DNA of 64,000 nucleotides from Burkholderiaceae bacterium (GTDB lineage Bacteria; Pseudomonadota; Gammaproteobacteria; Burkholderiales; Burkholderiaceae_C): NCBI GenBank assembly GCA_035559275.1, contig DATMBN010000048.1, positions 998 to 64,997 of the forward strand, read 5' to 3'. Shown piece by piece: positions 54,517 to 64,000 of this stretch (position 1 is its first letter; each line of letters starts with the position of its first letter). The notes under the pieces were generated by a model. It saw only the letters and a program-made list of their open reading frames with translations, ran no database searches and was not told where the DNA came from. The position numbers and the translations under genes were made by a program.

Positions 54517-55407
54517 ATGCGCCGGGCCCTGATCACCGGCATCACCGGCTTCACCGGCCGCTACATGGCGGCCGAACTGGAAGCGGCTGGCTACGCGGTG
54601 GCCGGCATCAGCCATGGCGAACCTCCCGAGGGCACGCAGGATGTCTACGCGTGCGACCTGACCGACCGGCCGCGCTTGGCGGAGATCGTCGGCATCGTGA
54701 AGCCGGACGTCGTCGTGCACCTTGCCGCGATTGCCTTCGTGGCCCATGACGATGCGGAGGCGATCTACCGGGTGAATGTAGGAGGCGCGCGCAACCTGCT
54801 CGAGGCCCTGGCCAACGGCCCGCACAAGCCGAGCTCGGTCCTGCTCGCCAGCAGCGCGAACGTCTACGGCAACTCGACCGCCGGAGTCCTGGACGAGACA
54901 GCCACGCTGGCTCCGGCCAACGACTACGCGATCAGCAAGATCGCGATGGAGTACATGGCCGACCTCTGGCGCAAGCGCCTGCCGATCACGATCGTGCGGC
55001 CTTTCAACTACACGGGGGTGGGCCAAGCCGAGCATTTCCTGTTGCCCAAGATCGTGAGTCACTTCCGCCGGAAGGCGCCGGTGATCGAGCTGGGGTCGCT
55101 GGATGTCGTGCGCGACTTCTCTGACGTGCGTACCGTGGTGCAGTGCTACCGCCGCCTGATCGAGAGCGAGACCCCGAGTGGAACGATCTACAACGTCTGT
55201 TCCGGGCAAGGCTACTCTCTGCAGGAGGTGCTTGCGCTTGCGCGGCGTCTTTCCGGCCATGACCTGGAGGTTCGTGTCAACCCGGCGTTCGTGCGCGAGA
55301 ACGAGGTGCGCACCTTGATCGGCTCCAAGGCACGACTGGAGGCAGCTGTCGGCCCCGTACCCGTCATTCCACTGGCCAACACGTTGCAGTGGATGCTTGA
55401 GGCATGA
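54517..55407 (+). CDS. rmd: GDP-4-keto-6-deoxy-D-mannose reductase (Rmd-like)
   Basis: ALITGITGFTG, HLAAIAFV, YAISK, RPFNYTGVGQ, RDFSDVR; follows gmd. Stereospecificity (D-Rha vs 6-deoxytalose) is not provable from sequence. Confidence 0.8.
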   Translation: MRRALITGITGFTGRYMAAELEAAGYAVAGISHGEPPEGTQDVYACDLTDRPRLAEIVGIVKPDVVVHLAAIAFVAHDDAEAIYRVNVGGARNLLEALANGPHKPSSVLLASSANVYGNSTAGVLDETATLAPANDYAISKIAMEYMADLWRKRLPITIVRPFNYTGVGQAEHFLLPKIVSHFRRKAPVIELGSLDVVRDFSDVRTVVQCYRRLIESETPSGTIYNVCSGQGYSLQEVLALARRLSGHDLEVRVNPAFVRENEVRTLIGSKARLEAAVGPVPVIPLANTLQWMLEA

Positions 55408-55456
55408 GGCGCGCGGCCCCCCGGGCCCGTCCAGCCTCCGTGTCGACCTTTCCTTG

Positions 55457-56884
55457 ATGCGCATCGTCATTGATCTGCAAGGCGCGCAATGCGGCAGCCG
55501 TCACCGCGGCATCGGGCGCTACAGCCTGGCCCTGACGCAGGCGTTGCTGCGCCTGCGAGGCGAGCACGAAATCCACGTGCTCCTCAACGGACTGTTCGCG
55601 GACACCATTTCACCCCTGCGCGACGCGCTGGCGCCGATGGTGGGGGGCGACCGCATCCATGTGTGGCAAGCAGCGGGTCCGGTGGCGTCGGCAGACCCGC
55701 AGAACGACTTGCGCCGCAAGCTCGCGGAGCTTGCCCGCGAAGCGGCCATTGCTGCCCTGCAGCCCGACTGGGTGCTCGTCACGAGCTTTCTGGAGGGCTT
55801 CGGTGACGACGCGGCCGCGAGCATCGGCCGGTTGCCCAGCGGTGCGGCGACGGCCGCCATCTTCTACGATGCGATCCCCTTGGTCGAAAGTGACAAGTAC
55901 CTGAAGCCGAACCCGGCACTCGAAAGCGCCTACCGGCGCAAGATCGACTTTCTGGGTCGCGCGGACCTGCTCCTGGCCATCTCGGAGTCTTCCCGCCAGG
56001 AGGCGATCACGCATCTGGGCATCGCGCCGGAAAGAGTCGTGTACATCGGGGCGGCAGCAGATCGCATCTTCTCGCCGCAACCCGTCCCCCCCGAAGCCGC
56101 CGCACGGCTGAAGTCCAGGTTCGGTATCACCCGAGGGTTTGTCTTGTGCTCGGGAGCGGCAGACCCGCGCAAGAATCACGTCCGCCTCCTGAACGCCTTC
56201 GCCAGGCTCGAGCCGCAAGTGCGTGCGCGGCATCAGCTCGTGATGGCGGGCGAGGTCCCGGGCTCCCACCGGCAGGCCATGGACCGGCACATTCGGGAGT
56301 GCGGGTTGCAGCCCGGCGAGGTGGTATGGACGGGGCGGGTCACCGATGGAGAGCTCCAGCAGCTGTATTCGCTCTGCACCTTGTTCGTGTTCCCTTCGTG
56401 GCACGAGGGCTTTGGCCTGCCTGCACTCGAAGCGATGTCGTGCGGGGCACCGGTGATTGGTGCGAACACCACCAGCGTCCCCGAGGTGATCGGCGTCGAC
56501 TGGGCGCTGTTCGACCCCTTCGACGAAGCCGCCATCGCGGCTCGCATGGAGGAGTTCCTCACCCAACCAGCGCTGCGCGAGCGCATGGTGGCGCATGGGT
56601 TGCAGCGTTCGCGCGATTTCTCGTGGGACAGCTGCGCGGCAAGAGCCATCGCCGCCATGGAGACGGCGTCGCGCCCCTTGCCGTCTGCGCGAGGGCAAGT
56701 CGAAGCCCGGCAACTGGCAGCGCAACTCGATGAGGTCAGCGCGTGCCTGGCGCGTCAGGACTCACAGCTTCGTGTCGGCACCTACCGTGTCTCGGTCCGA
56801 GCCGCCGCGCGGATGCTGGGACGCGCGCTGCGCCGGGAGTACGCCACCGCGCGCCGCAAGCTCAAGCGCAGGCTCGGCTTTTGA
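55457..56884 (+). CDS. Glycosyltransferase family 4 (WbpX/WbdA-like N-terminus)
   Basis: MRIVIDLQGAQ...RGIGRYS, DPRKN, PSWHEGFGLPALEAM. Confidence 0.9.
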   Translation: MRIVIDLQGAQCGSRHRGIGRYSLALTQALLRLRGEHEIHVLLNGLFADTISPLRDALAPMVGGDRIHVWQAAGPVASADPQNDLRRKLAELAREAAIAALQPDWVLVTSFLEGFGDDAAASIGRLPSGAATAAIFYDAIPLVESDKYLKPNPALESAYRRKIDFLGRADLLLAISESSRQEAITHLGIAPERVVYIGAAADRIFSPQPVPPEAAARLKSRFGITRGFVLCSGAADPRKNHVRLLNAFARLEPQVRARHQLVMAGEVPGSHRQAMDRHIRECGLQPGEVVWTGRVTDGELQQLYSLCTLFVFPSWHEGFGLPALEAMSCGAPVIGANTTSVPEVIGVDWALFDPFDEAAIAARMEEFLTQPALRERMVAHGLQRSRDFSWDSCAARAIAAMETASRPLPSARGQVEARQLAAQLDEVSACLARQDSQLRVGTYRVSVRAAARMLGRALRREYATARRKLKRRLGF

Positions 56885-56904
56885 CGGTACGTTCGATCCG
56901 TTCC

Positions 56905-58077
56905 ATGCCCCCGTTGTTGATCGACATCACGCGCTTGCTGAGCCGGCTGCTCCAGGGCCGCCTGGCCACGGGCGTCGACCGGGTGGACCTCGCCTACGTC
57001 CAGCACTACGGGCCGCGTGCCCGGGCGGTGGTTCGGGTGCGCGGACGCAGCCTCGTGTTGTCCCGCCAGGCGTCGCAGAAGGTCTTCGCGCGGCTGTTGG
57101 CGCAAAGCGAAGGGCTGTCGTGGTCCATCGTCTCGGAGACGCTGCGAGGTGTCTTGGCCACCGCCGGGCGGCAGGACGTGGCAGGGGCGTTGTTGCTCAA
57201 CACGGGGCACAGCGGGCTGCACCAGCCGGCCTACGCGCGGCAGCTGCGCGGACAGGGATTGCATCCGGTGTTCATGGTGCATGACCTGATCCCCATCACC
57301 CATCACGAGTTCTGCAGAGCGGGAGAACGGGAAAAACACATTGTGCGCATGCACACCGTGCTCGACACAGCCGCCGGCGTGATCACGAACTCCCAGGCCA
57401 CGCTGGACCAGCTGGCCGCCTTCGCCCGCAGGGCCGGCAAGGCCATGCCACCGGCACGGGCTGCATTGCTCGCGCCTGCAGTGCGTACCGCAACTCCGGG
57501 AGCAAGGCCGCTTGCCGAGCCTTATTTCGTCGTGCTCGGCACGATCGAGCCGCGGAAGAATCACTGGCTGTTGCTCCAGGCGTGGCGCCGTCTGGCCGAG
57601 CGGCTGGGCTCGGCCACACCGCGCCTCGTCGTCATCGGTCAACGCGGATGGGAATGCGAGAACGTGGTGGACCTGCTGGAGCGCTGCGAGCCGCTGCGGG
57701 GTCTCGTCGTCGAACGCAGGTCCTGCACCGATGCCGAGTTGGTCACGTGGCTGCACCATGCGCAGGCGCTCTTGTTTCCCTCGTTCGTCGAAGGCTACGG
57801 GCTTCCCCTCGTGGAGGCACTGGCGCAAGGGGTCCCGGTCATCGCCAGCGACCTGCCCGTCTTCCGGGAGATCGCCGGCCAGATCCCCGAGTACGTCGAC
57901 CCCTTGGACGGACCCGCATGGCTGGAGCAGGTGGAGCGCTACGCGGCTCCGGGCAGCCGCTGGCGCAAGGCGCAACTGGAGCGGCTCTCTGGTTTCGTCG
58001 CCCCCAGCTGGGGCGGCCATTTCGAGGCGGTGGACTCGCTGCTGGAACAGGTGGAGCGGGATCGCCGACATGGATAG
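56905..58077 (+). CDS. Glycosyltransferase family 4 (WcbB-like)
   Basis: TGVDRVDLAY, LGTIEPRKNH, PSFVEGYGLPLVEAL; directly precedes kpsC. Confidence 0.9.
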   Translation: MPPLLIDITRLLSRLLQGRLATGVDRVDLAYVQHYGPRARAVVRVRGRSLVLSRQASQKVFARLLAQSEGLSWSIVSETLRGVLATAGRQDVAGALLLNTGHSGLHQPAYARQLRGQGLHPVFMVHDLIPITHHEFCRAGEREKHIVRMHTVLDTAAGVITNSQATLDQLAAFARRAGKAMPPARAALLAPAVRTATPGARPLAEPYFVVLGTIEPRKNHWLLLQAWRRLAERLGSATPRLVVIGQRGWECENVVDLLERCEPLRGLVVERRSCTDAELVTWLHHAQALLFPSFVEGYGLPLVEALAQGVPVIASDLPVFREIAGQIPEYVDPLDGPAWLEQVERYAAPGSRWRKAQLERLSGFVAPSWGGHFEAVDSLLEQVERDRRHG

Positions 58078-59083
58078 CCCGCTCATCTATGCCAGCGGCT
58101 TCTCGCCCTGGAAGAAGCCCCTAGTCCGCAGATTCCTGGCGCCCGCCCGCGTGCGCTTCGTCAGGCGCCTCGACGACGTTCCCCCCGGCGAAACCATCGC
58201 CGTGTGGGGACTCACACCTGTCCCCGCAGGTCGCAAGGTACTGAGGCTCGAGGACGGGTTCCTGCGCTCGGTCGGACTGGGGGCCGACTTGATACGACCC
58301 TTGTCCTGGGTGGTCGACGGCCGAGGGCTGTACTACGACTCCTCGCGACCCTCGGATCTCGAATGGCTGCTTCAGCATTCGGCCTTTCCCGCCCCGCTGA
58401 CCGAGCGTGCCGCCCGGCTCCGCGAGCGCATCGTGGCCCACGGGCTGACCAAGTACAACGTCGGATCGGGGTCCTGGAAACGGCCGGTCACGACGGGCCG
58501 CGTCATCCTGGTCCCAGGTCAGGTGGAGACGGATGCGGCGATACGCCACGGTGCCCCTGGGGTGAGGACCAACATCGGCCTGTTGCAGGCAGTGCGGGCG
58601 AACTGTCCCGCCGACCATCTCGTCTACAAACCGCATCCCGATGTGCTGGCCGGTCTGAGAGCCCAGGGCCGTGGTGAGGAAGAAGCCGGGCAATGGTGCG
58701 ACGAGATAGTCACGGATGTTCCGATCCACGAGCTGCTGGAACAGGTCGACGAGGTGCATGTCCTCACCTCGCTGGCGGGCTTCGAAGCCCTGCTGCGTGG
58801 CAAGCCTGTCACGACGTACGGGCAGCCGTTCTACGCCGGATGGGGGTTGACGCGGGACATCGAACCTGTCTCCCGGCGTACCAGACGGCTGTCCCTGGAC
58901 GAGCTCGTGGCCGGTGCGCTGATCCTCTATCCTCGGTACGCCAGTGCGTCGACGGGGAAAGCGATCACACCCGAGCAGGCGCTGGATGAACTGTTGGCTT
59001 GGCGCCACCGGGAGACCCCGGGCGTCCCTCTCTGGCGGAAAATGCTGCGGTCGTTGTTACGAATTACGGTAGGGCGGCGATGA
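58070..59083 (+). CDS. kpsC: Single-domain KpsC/LipA-type beta-Kdo transferase (337 aa)
   Basis: RLEDGFLRSVGLG, VDGRGLYYD, GQVETDA, YKPHPD, GQPFYAGWGLT. Confidence 0.9.
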   Translation: MDSPLIYASGFSPWKKPLVRRFLAPARVRFVRRLDDVPPGETIAVWGLTPVPAGRKVLRLEDGFLRSVGLGADLIRPLSWVVDGRGLYYDSSRPSDLEWLLQHSAFPAPLTERAARLRERIVAHGLTKYNVGSGSWKRPVTTGRVILVPGQVETDAAIRHGAPGVRTNIGLLQAVRANCPADHLVYKPHPDVLAGLRAQGRGEEEAGQWCDEIVTDVPIHELLEQVDEVHVLTSLAGFEALLRGKPVTTYGQPFYAGWGLTRDIEPVSRRTRRLSLDELVAGALILYPRYASASTGKAITPEQALDELLAWRHRETPGVPLWRKMLRSLLRITVGRR

Positions 59084-60357
59084 TCCGCAACGGATGGCGA
59101 AGCTTTGCCGGCAAGAGGGTCCTGCTGCTTCAGGGACCTGTCGGGCCGTTTTTCCGACAGCTGGCGGACATCCTCAAGTCGGCCGGCGCGGAACGCGTCC
59201 ACAAGGTCAATTTCAATGGGGGAGACTGGCTGTTCTATCCCTCGGGAGCCTACAACCATCGAGGAAGGATGGAGGATTGGCCTGCCGTCCTGGACCGGCT
59301 GATCGAGCGCGAACGGATCGATGTCGTCTTCCTCTTCGGCGACTGCCGCCCCATCCATCAGGTAGCACACGAGGCTGCGAACCGACGCGGCATCGCGGTG
59401 TGGGTGTTCGAGGAGGGATATGTGCGGCCGAATTTCGTGACGCTCGAGCCTCACGGAGTGAACAACCATTCGCGGCTGCCTCGTGACCCGGAGTTCTATC
59501 GGGCCCTGCCACCGACCACCGCTCCCGAGGAGCGGGAGGTGGGCAACACCTTCTGGCACGCGGCGCTCTGGGCCTTCCTCTACTACCTGGCCGCGATCGT
59601 CCTGCGTCCCTTCTTCCCGCACTACCTCCACCACCGTCCGTTGTCGGTGCGGGAGGTGCTTCCCTGGCTCAAGAGTCCGATCCGCAAGTGGGTGTACCGG
59701 ATCCGCGAACGGGGCTTGCAAGCCCGCTTGACCGGCGAGCTGTCCAAGCGCTTCTATCTAGTGCCCTTGCAGGTGAACACCGACTTCCAGGTGTTGGTGC
59801 ACTCCCGTTTCGAATCGGTGCGGCAGTTCATGGAAACGGTCGTCGCCTCGTTCGCCCGTCACGCGCCTCAGGACCACTACCTGGCGTTCAAGCATCACCC
59901 CATGGACCGCGGCTACCACGACTACCGCAGCTTCCTGGCTTCCTTGGCACGTCAGTACGGGCTGGGCGAGAGATTGCTGTATCTGCACGACCAGCACCTG
60001 CCTTCGCTGCTGCAACACGCCCGGGGTGTCGCGGTCATCAACAGCACCGTGGGCCTTTCCGCCCTGCACCACGGCACTCCGCTCGTGGTGCTCGGAGATG
60101 CGCTGTACAACTTTGCGGGCCTGACTTTTCAGGGAACGCTGGACGAGTTCTGGCCACAACCGGAAGCAGGCCGGCCGGACATGGCGTTGTACGATCGCTT
60201 CCGGGCCTACCTGGTTCACCACACGCAACTCAACGGCAGCTTCTACAGACACGGCTTGTTCGATCGCCGGGACGCGGCGGACCCGGAGCCCGAGAGCAGC
60301 AGCCGTGTCCTTCGAGGCGCCGGCCGCACCCTCGCTACCCCTCGCGACCGAGGTTGA
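59080..60357 (+). CDS. kpsS: KpsS/LipB-type beta-Kdo transferase
   Basis: LLLQGPVGPFF, FEEGYVRP, PLQVNTD, KHHPMDRG, INSTVGLSAL, TQLNGSFY. Confidence 0.93.
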   Translation: MIRNGWRSFAGKRVLLLQGPVGPFFRQLADILKSAGAERVHKVNFNGGDWLFYPSGAYNHRGRMEDWPAVLDRLIERERIDVVFLFGDCRPIHQVAHEAANRRGIAVWVFEEGYVRPNFVTLEPHGVNNHSRLPRDPEFYRALPPTTAPEEREVGNTFWHAALWAFLYYLAAIVLRPFFPHYLHHRPLSVREVLPWLKSPIRKWVYRIRERGLQARLTGELSKRFYLVPLQVNTDFQVLVHSRFESVRQFMETVVASFARHAPQDHYLAFKHHPMDRGYHDYRSFLASLARQYGLGERLLYLHDQHLPSLLQHARGVAVINSTVGLSALHHGTPLVVLGDALYNFAGLTFQGTLDEFWPQPEAGRPDMALYDRFRAYLVHHTQLNGSFYRHGLFDRRDAADPEPESSSRVLRGAGRTLATPRDRG

Positions 60358-60425
60358 GGCTTGCACGTCGATCGGTCGAACACCCCTCTCCGCCCTACAC
60401 CTCTATGTCAGTGCGCCGACTGCTC

Positions 60426-61448
60426 ATGAGCCCTGTGTGGTGCGCCGCGCTGCTCACCTCGGCCAAGTCGTTCCGCGACAACCCGGTCATCGGCTCTCGG
60501 TGGCTGAACTCCCGGGGTCTGCACACGGCCCGCCTGCGCCTTGCCCATGGACTGGCGGCCGCGAGGCGTCGGCGCCTCGCCCACATGGCCTCGCCCGAGG
60601 ATCGCGCGGCCTTCGAGCGTGACGGTTTCGTCATCAAGCACGACGTCCTGCCGCCGGACGAATTCGCCGCTTTGCGAGATGCCATGCTTGCTCACCGGGC
60701 GCCGGCCCGCGAGATGCTGCAGGGCGACACCGTCACCCGCAGGATCGCCCTGGACTCGGAAGTGCTTCGCGCGCTTCCGGCCGTCCACGACTTCCTTCGC
60801 TCGCCCCTGTGGCACGGACTCACGCGCTACGTAGGCAGCTACGACCAGGAGCCGGTCTCCTACGTGCAGACCATCTTGTCGCATGTGGTGGCGGCCCCGC
60901 CCGACCCACAGACACATCTGCACGCCGACACCTTCCACCCGACGGTGAAGGCCTGGTACTTCCTCACCGACGTGGCCGCCGATGCCGGGCCCTTCTGCTA
61001 CGTGCCCGGTTCGCACCGACTGACATCGGAACGGCTCGCGTGGGAGTACGCCATGAGCCTGGTCGCCGCCGAGCACCCGGACAGGATGACGAGTCGCGGG
61101 TCATTCCGCATCAGGCGTGACGAACTCGCTTCCCTCGGCCTGCCCGAGCCGCGCCTCTTCGCCGTGCCCGCCAACACGCTGGTCGTCGCGGACACCTTCG
61201 GCTTCCACGCGCGCGGGCCGTCGCTGCAGCCTTCGACCCGGATAGAGATCTGGGGCTATGGCCGTCGCAACCCCTTCCTGCCGTGGGCCGGGGCGGACCT
61301 GCTCTCGCTGCCCGGCTTGGCCGAGCGGCGCGTGAACTGGTACTGGCAGGCGCTGGACTGGCGCGAGCGACGCCTGGGCAAGCACAGCCCGTGGCGCGAC
61401 GCCGGGCTGCTCACCCCCGGCGAGCCGTCCCCGTTGTACCGCGGGTAA
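60426..61448 (+). CDS. Phytanoyl-CoA dioxygenase (PhyH)-family Fe(II)/2-oxoglutarate dioxygenase
   Basis: LHADTFHP HxD motif, GPFCYVPGSH, TFGFHARG; alternative ATG at 60405. Confidence 0.85.
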   Translation: MSPVWCAALLTSAKSFRDNPVIGSRWLNSRGLHTARLRLAHGLAAARRRRLAHMASPEDRAAFERDGFVIKHDVLPPDEFAALRDAMLAHRAPAREMLQGDTVTRRIALDSEVLRALPAVHDFLRSPLWHGLTRYVGSYDQEPVSYVQTILSHVVAAPPDPQTHLHADTFHPTVKAWYFLTDVAADAGPFCYVPGSHRLTSERLAWEYAMSLVAAEHPDRMTSRGSFRIRRDELASLGLPEPRLFAVPANTLVVADTFGFHARGPSLQPSTRIEIWGYGRRNPFLPWAGADLLSLPGLAERRVNWYWQALDWRERRLGKHSPWRDAGLLTPGEPSPLYRG

Positions 61449-61510
61449 CGGGCAGGGGCGGCAGGCGCGGGCCACCTAGAATGACGCCTTCCCTTCGTGC
61501 CTAGTGCCCC

Positions 61511-62179
61511 ATGACCGCCGCCGATCCACTCGCCCATTCCTTCGTCCAGTTCTCCGTCGACGCCGGCGTGCTGCGCTTCGGCGAGTTCAAGACCAAGGCG
61601 GGGCGGATGAGCCCCTACTTCTTCAACGCGGGGCTGTTCAACGATGGCGCCAAGCTCGGCCGTCTGGCCGAGTTCTACGCGCGCCGCCTGGTGGACAGCG
61701 GCATCGAGTTCGACATGCTGTTCGGGCCGGCATACAAGGGCATCACCCTGGCGGCGGCCGTCTCGGTGGAGTTGGCGCGGCTGGGCCGCAACGTGCCCTT
61801 CGCCTACAACCGCAAGGAAGCCAAGGACCACGGCGAGGGCGGCGTGCTGGTCGGCGCGCCGGTCCAGGGCCGGGTGCTGATCATCGACGACGTGATCTCC
61901 GCCGGCACCTCGGTGCGGGCGTCCATCGCGATGATCGAAGCCGCGGGCGCCACGCCATGCGGGGTCGCGATCGCGCTCGACCGACAAGAAAAGGCGACGG
62001 AAAACGGCACCGACGCACCATATTCGGCAGTGCAGTGGGTGCAGGAGCGGCTGGGCTTGCGGGTTTGCGCGATTGCCACCCTCGCGGACCTGCTCCAGTA
62101 TCTGCAATCCCAGTCGGACCCGCAGCTCGGCATGCATTTCGCAAGGGTCGCGGCCTACCGGGACCGATACGGGGTGTGA
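61511..62179 (+). CDS. pyrE: Orotate phosphoribosyltransferase
   Basis: FKTKAGRMSPYFFNAG, GPAYKGI, RKEAKDHGEGG, IIDDVISAGTS. Confidence 0.98.
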   Translation: MTAADPLAHSFVQFSVDAGVLRFGEFKTKAGRMSPYFFNAGLFNDGAKLGRLAEFYARRLVDSGIEFDMLFGPAYKGITLAAAVSVELARLGRNVPFAYNRKEAKDHGEGGVLVGAPVQGRVLIIDDVISAGTSVRASIAMIEAAGATPCGVAIALDRQEKATENGTDAPYSAVQWVQERLGLRVCAIATLADLLQYLQSQSDPQLGMHFARVAAYRDRYGV

Positions 62180-62185
62180 GGGACG

Positions 62186-62881
62186 ATGAGACATTCAGGG
62201 CGGGGCTTGAGCGCAGGCAGGCAGGCCTTGGTGCTGGCCTTGCTCACCGGCGCCGCGGCAAGCGCCTGGGCGCAGGGCATCTACACCTGCACCGACGCCC
62301 GCGGACGCAAGCTCACCTCCGATCGGCCCATCCTCGAGTGCCTGGACCGTGAACAGAAAGTCCTGAACAAGGATGGCTCGCCGCGCAGCGTGCTGCCCCC
62401 CAGTCTGACCGCCGAGGAGCGCGCGGAGCTGGAGGCCAAGGAGCGCCGCCGTGAACAGGAGCGCATGGCCCTGCGGGACGCCACCCGCCGCGACAAGATG
62501 CTGCTCAGCCGCTACCCGAACGAGGCGGCCCACCAGCGGGCGCGCGAAGACGCGCTGGAAGACGTGCGCAAGTCCATCCAGAACTCGGAACATCGTATCG
62601 CCGAGCTGGAAAAGGAGCGCAAGCCGCTGCTCGCCGAGGCCGAGTTCTACAAGGGCAAGCAGCTGCCGGCCAAGCTCAAGCAGTCGCTGGAGTTCGTGGA
62701 CGTGGCCATCGAGGCCCATCGCACCCTGATCCAGAACCAGCAGGCCGAACTCTCGCGCATCAACTTCCTGTACGACCAGGAGCTCGACCGCCTGCGCAAG
62801 CTGTGGGCGGGAGCCAAGCCGGGCAGCCTGCCGCTGCCGCAGGCCGCCGCTCGGGGCGACAGCGCCATCAAGGCACCCTGA
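62186..62881 (+). CDS. DUF4124-type exported protein
   Basis: Signal peptide followed by IYTCTDARGRKLTSDRP; RDKMLLSRYP coiled region. Confidence 0.8.
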   Translation: MRHSGRGLSAGRQALVLALLTGAAASAWAQGIYTCTDARGRKLTSDRPILECLDREQKVLNKDGSPRSVLPPSLTAEERAELEAKERRREQERMALRDATRRDKMLLSRYPNEAAHQRAREDALEDVRKSIQNSEHRIAELEKERKPLLAEAEFYKGKQLPAKLKQSLEFVDVAIEAHRTLIQNQQAELSRINFLYDQELDRLRKLWAGAKPGSLPLPQAAARGDSAIKAP

Positions 62882-62951
62882 GGCCCAGCGCCCGGCCGTC
62901 CGGATCTGGGCTGAAACTCCCATGGGGATGGGGCGTCGGCCTCGGGGGCAC
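62879..62951 (+). repeat. Degenerate fourth copy of the palindromic element, starting at the DUF4124 gene TGA
   Basis: TGAGGCCCAGCGCCCGGCCGTCCGGATCTGGGCTGAAACTCCCATGGGGATGGGGCGTCGGCCTCGGGGGCAC aligns end to end with the copy at 22741. Confidence 0.8.
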
Positions 62952-62965
62952 GGTGCGGGCACCGG

Positions 62966-64000
62966 CTACTGACCGGCCAGCTTCTTCTTCAGCAATTCGT
63001 TGACCTGCGCCGGATTGGCCTTGCCCTTGGTGGCCTTCATCGCCTGGCCGACCAGGGCGTTGAAGGCCTTGTCCTTGCCGGCGCGGAACTCCTCCACCGA
63101 CTTGGCGTTGTTCGCGATCACCTCGTCGATGATGGACTCGAGCGCGCCGGTGTCGGAGATCTGCTTCAGGCCCTTGGCCTCGATCACCTCGTCCACCGAG
63201 CCGCTCTCGCCCGACCACAGCGCGTCGAACACCTGCTTGGCGCCGTTGTTCGAGATGGTGCCGTCGGCGATGCGCTCGATCATCTTCGCCAGCGTCCCGG
63301 CAGGGACGGGGCAGGCCTCGATACCGCGCCCCTCGGCGTTCAGGCGCCGCGAGACCTCGCCCATCAGCCAGTTGGCGACCAGCTTGGGCTGGCGGCATGC
63401 GCCGCGCGCCGCCTCGTAATAGCGGGCGAACGCGAGGCTTTGCGTCATCATCGTCGCGTCGTAGGCGGGCAGGCCGTCGTCGCGCTGGAAGCGCTCGGCC
63501 ATCGCGCGCGGCAACTCGGGCATCTCGGCCTTCACGCGCTCGACCCATTCGGGGGCGATCACCAGCGGCGGCAGGTCCGGGTCGGGGAAGTAGCGGTAGT
63601 CGTGCGCGTCTTCCTTGGTGCGCATCGCCCGCGTCTCGCCGGTGTCGGGGTTGAACAGCACCGTGGCCTGCTCGATCGCAAGGCCATCCTCCAGCCGGTC
63701 GATCTGCCAGTTCACCTCGTAGTCGATGGCCTGCTGCAGGAAGCGGAAGCTGTTGAGGTTCTTGATCTCGCGCCGCGTGCCCAGGGGCTCGCCGGGCTTG
63801 CGCACCGAGACGTTGGCGTCGCAGCGGAAGCTGCCTTCCTGCATGTTGCCGTCGCAGATGCCCAGCCACACGACGAGCGCGTGCAACGCCTTGGCGTATT
63901 CGACCGCCTCGGCGGACGAACGCATGTCGGGCTCGGTGACGATCTCGAGCAGCGGCGTGCCCGCACGGTTCAGGTCGATGCCCGACTGGCCGTGGTAGTC
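62966..64000 (-). CDS. gatB: Asp/Glu-tRNA amidotransferase subunit B (5' part outside the window)
   Basis: [55 protein letters not shown]. Confidence 0.99.
   Translation of the reverse strand, partial: DYHGQSGIDLNRAGTPLLEIVTEPDMRSSAEAVEYAKALHALVVWLGICDGNMQEGSFRCDANVSVRKPGEPLGTRREIKNLNSFRFLQQAIDYEVNWQIDRLEDGLAIEQATVLFNPDTGETRAMRTKEDAHDYRYFPDPDLPPLVIAPEWVERVKAEMPELPRAMAERFQRDDGLPAYDATMMTQSLAFARYYEAARGACRQPKLVANWLMGEVSRRLNAEGRGIEACPVPAGTLAKMIERIADGTISNNGAKQVFDALWSGESGSVDEVIEAKGLKQISDTGALESIIDEVIANNAKSVEEFRAGKDKAFNALVGQAMKATKGKANPAQVNELLKKKLAGQ

Overview
High-GC Burkholderiales-type chromosomal window (taxon is inferred from gene content and sequence style). (1) 1-18.5 kb holds a complete non-flagellar type III secretion system: sctV-S-C-D-pilin-I-J-K-L-N-O-T-U on the minus strand and divergent sctQ-R. 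It is flanked on the left by a giant (>1181 aa, runs off the window edge) polyproline/coiled-coil candidate substrate that is missing from the ORF track, and on the right by an orphan LuxR. Four promoters in this block share a 16-bp CTACG-N6-CG box abutting the -35, suggesting a LuxR-solo-controlled T3SS regulon. SctU lacks the NPTH autocleavage motif. (2) 18.7-32.8 kb holds housekeeping, DNA-repair and iron genes: ssb, MFS, recQ, osmC, uvrA, a Fur-boxed cytochrome c-FTR1 permease and xth. (3) 32.8-61.5 kb is a ~28.7 kb polysaccharide island between xth and pyrE: rmlBDAC, NadM-Nudix, manCB, KpsEMT/OPX export, gmd-rmd, GT4s, a half-size KpsC, KpsS, a KpsC-like/pyruvyltransferase fusion and a methyltransferase-coiled-coil-GT fusion. 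(4) pyrE, a DUF4124-type gene and partial gatB close the window. A ~80-bp structured repeat occurs four times at three loci, each locus starting at a TGA stop codon. No tRNA, rRNA, CRISPR or transposase was seen. All calls come from manual reading; no database searches were run.
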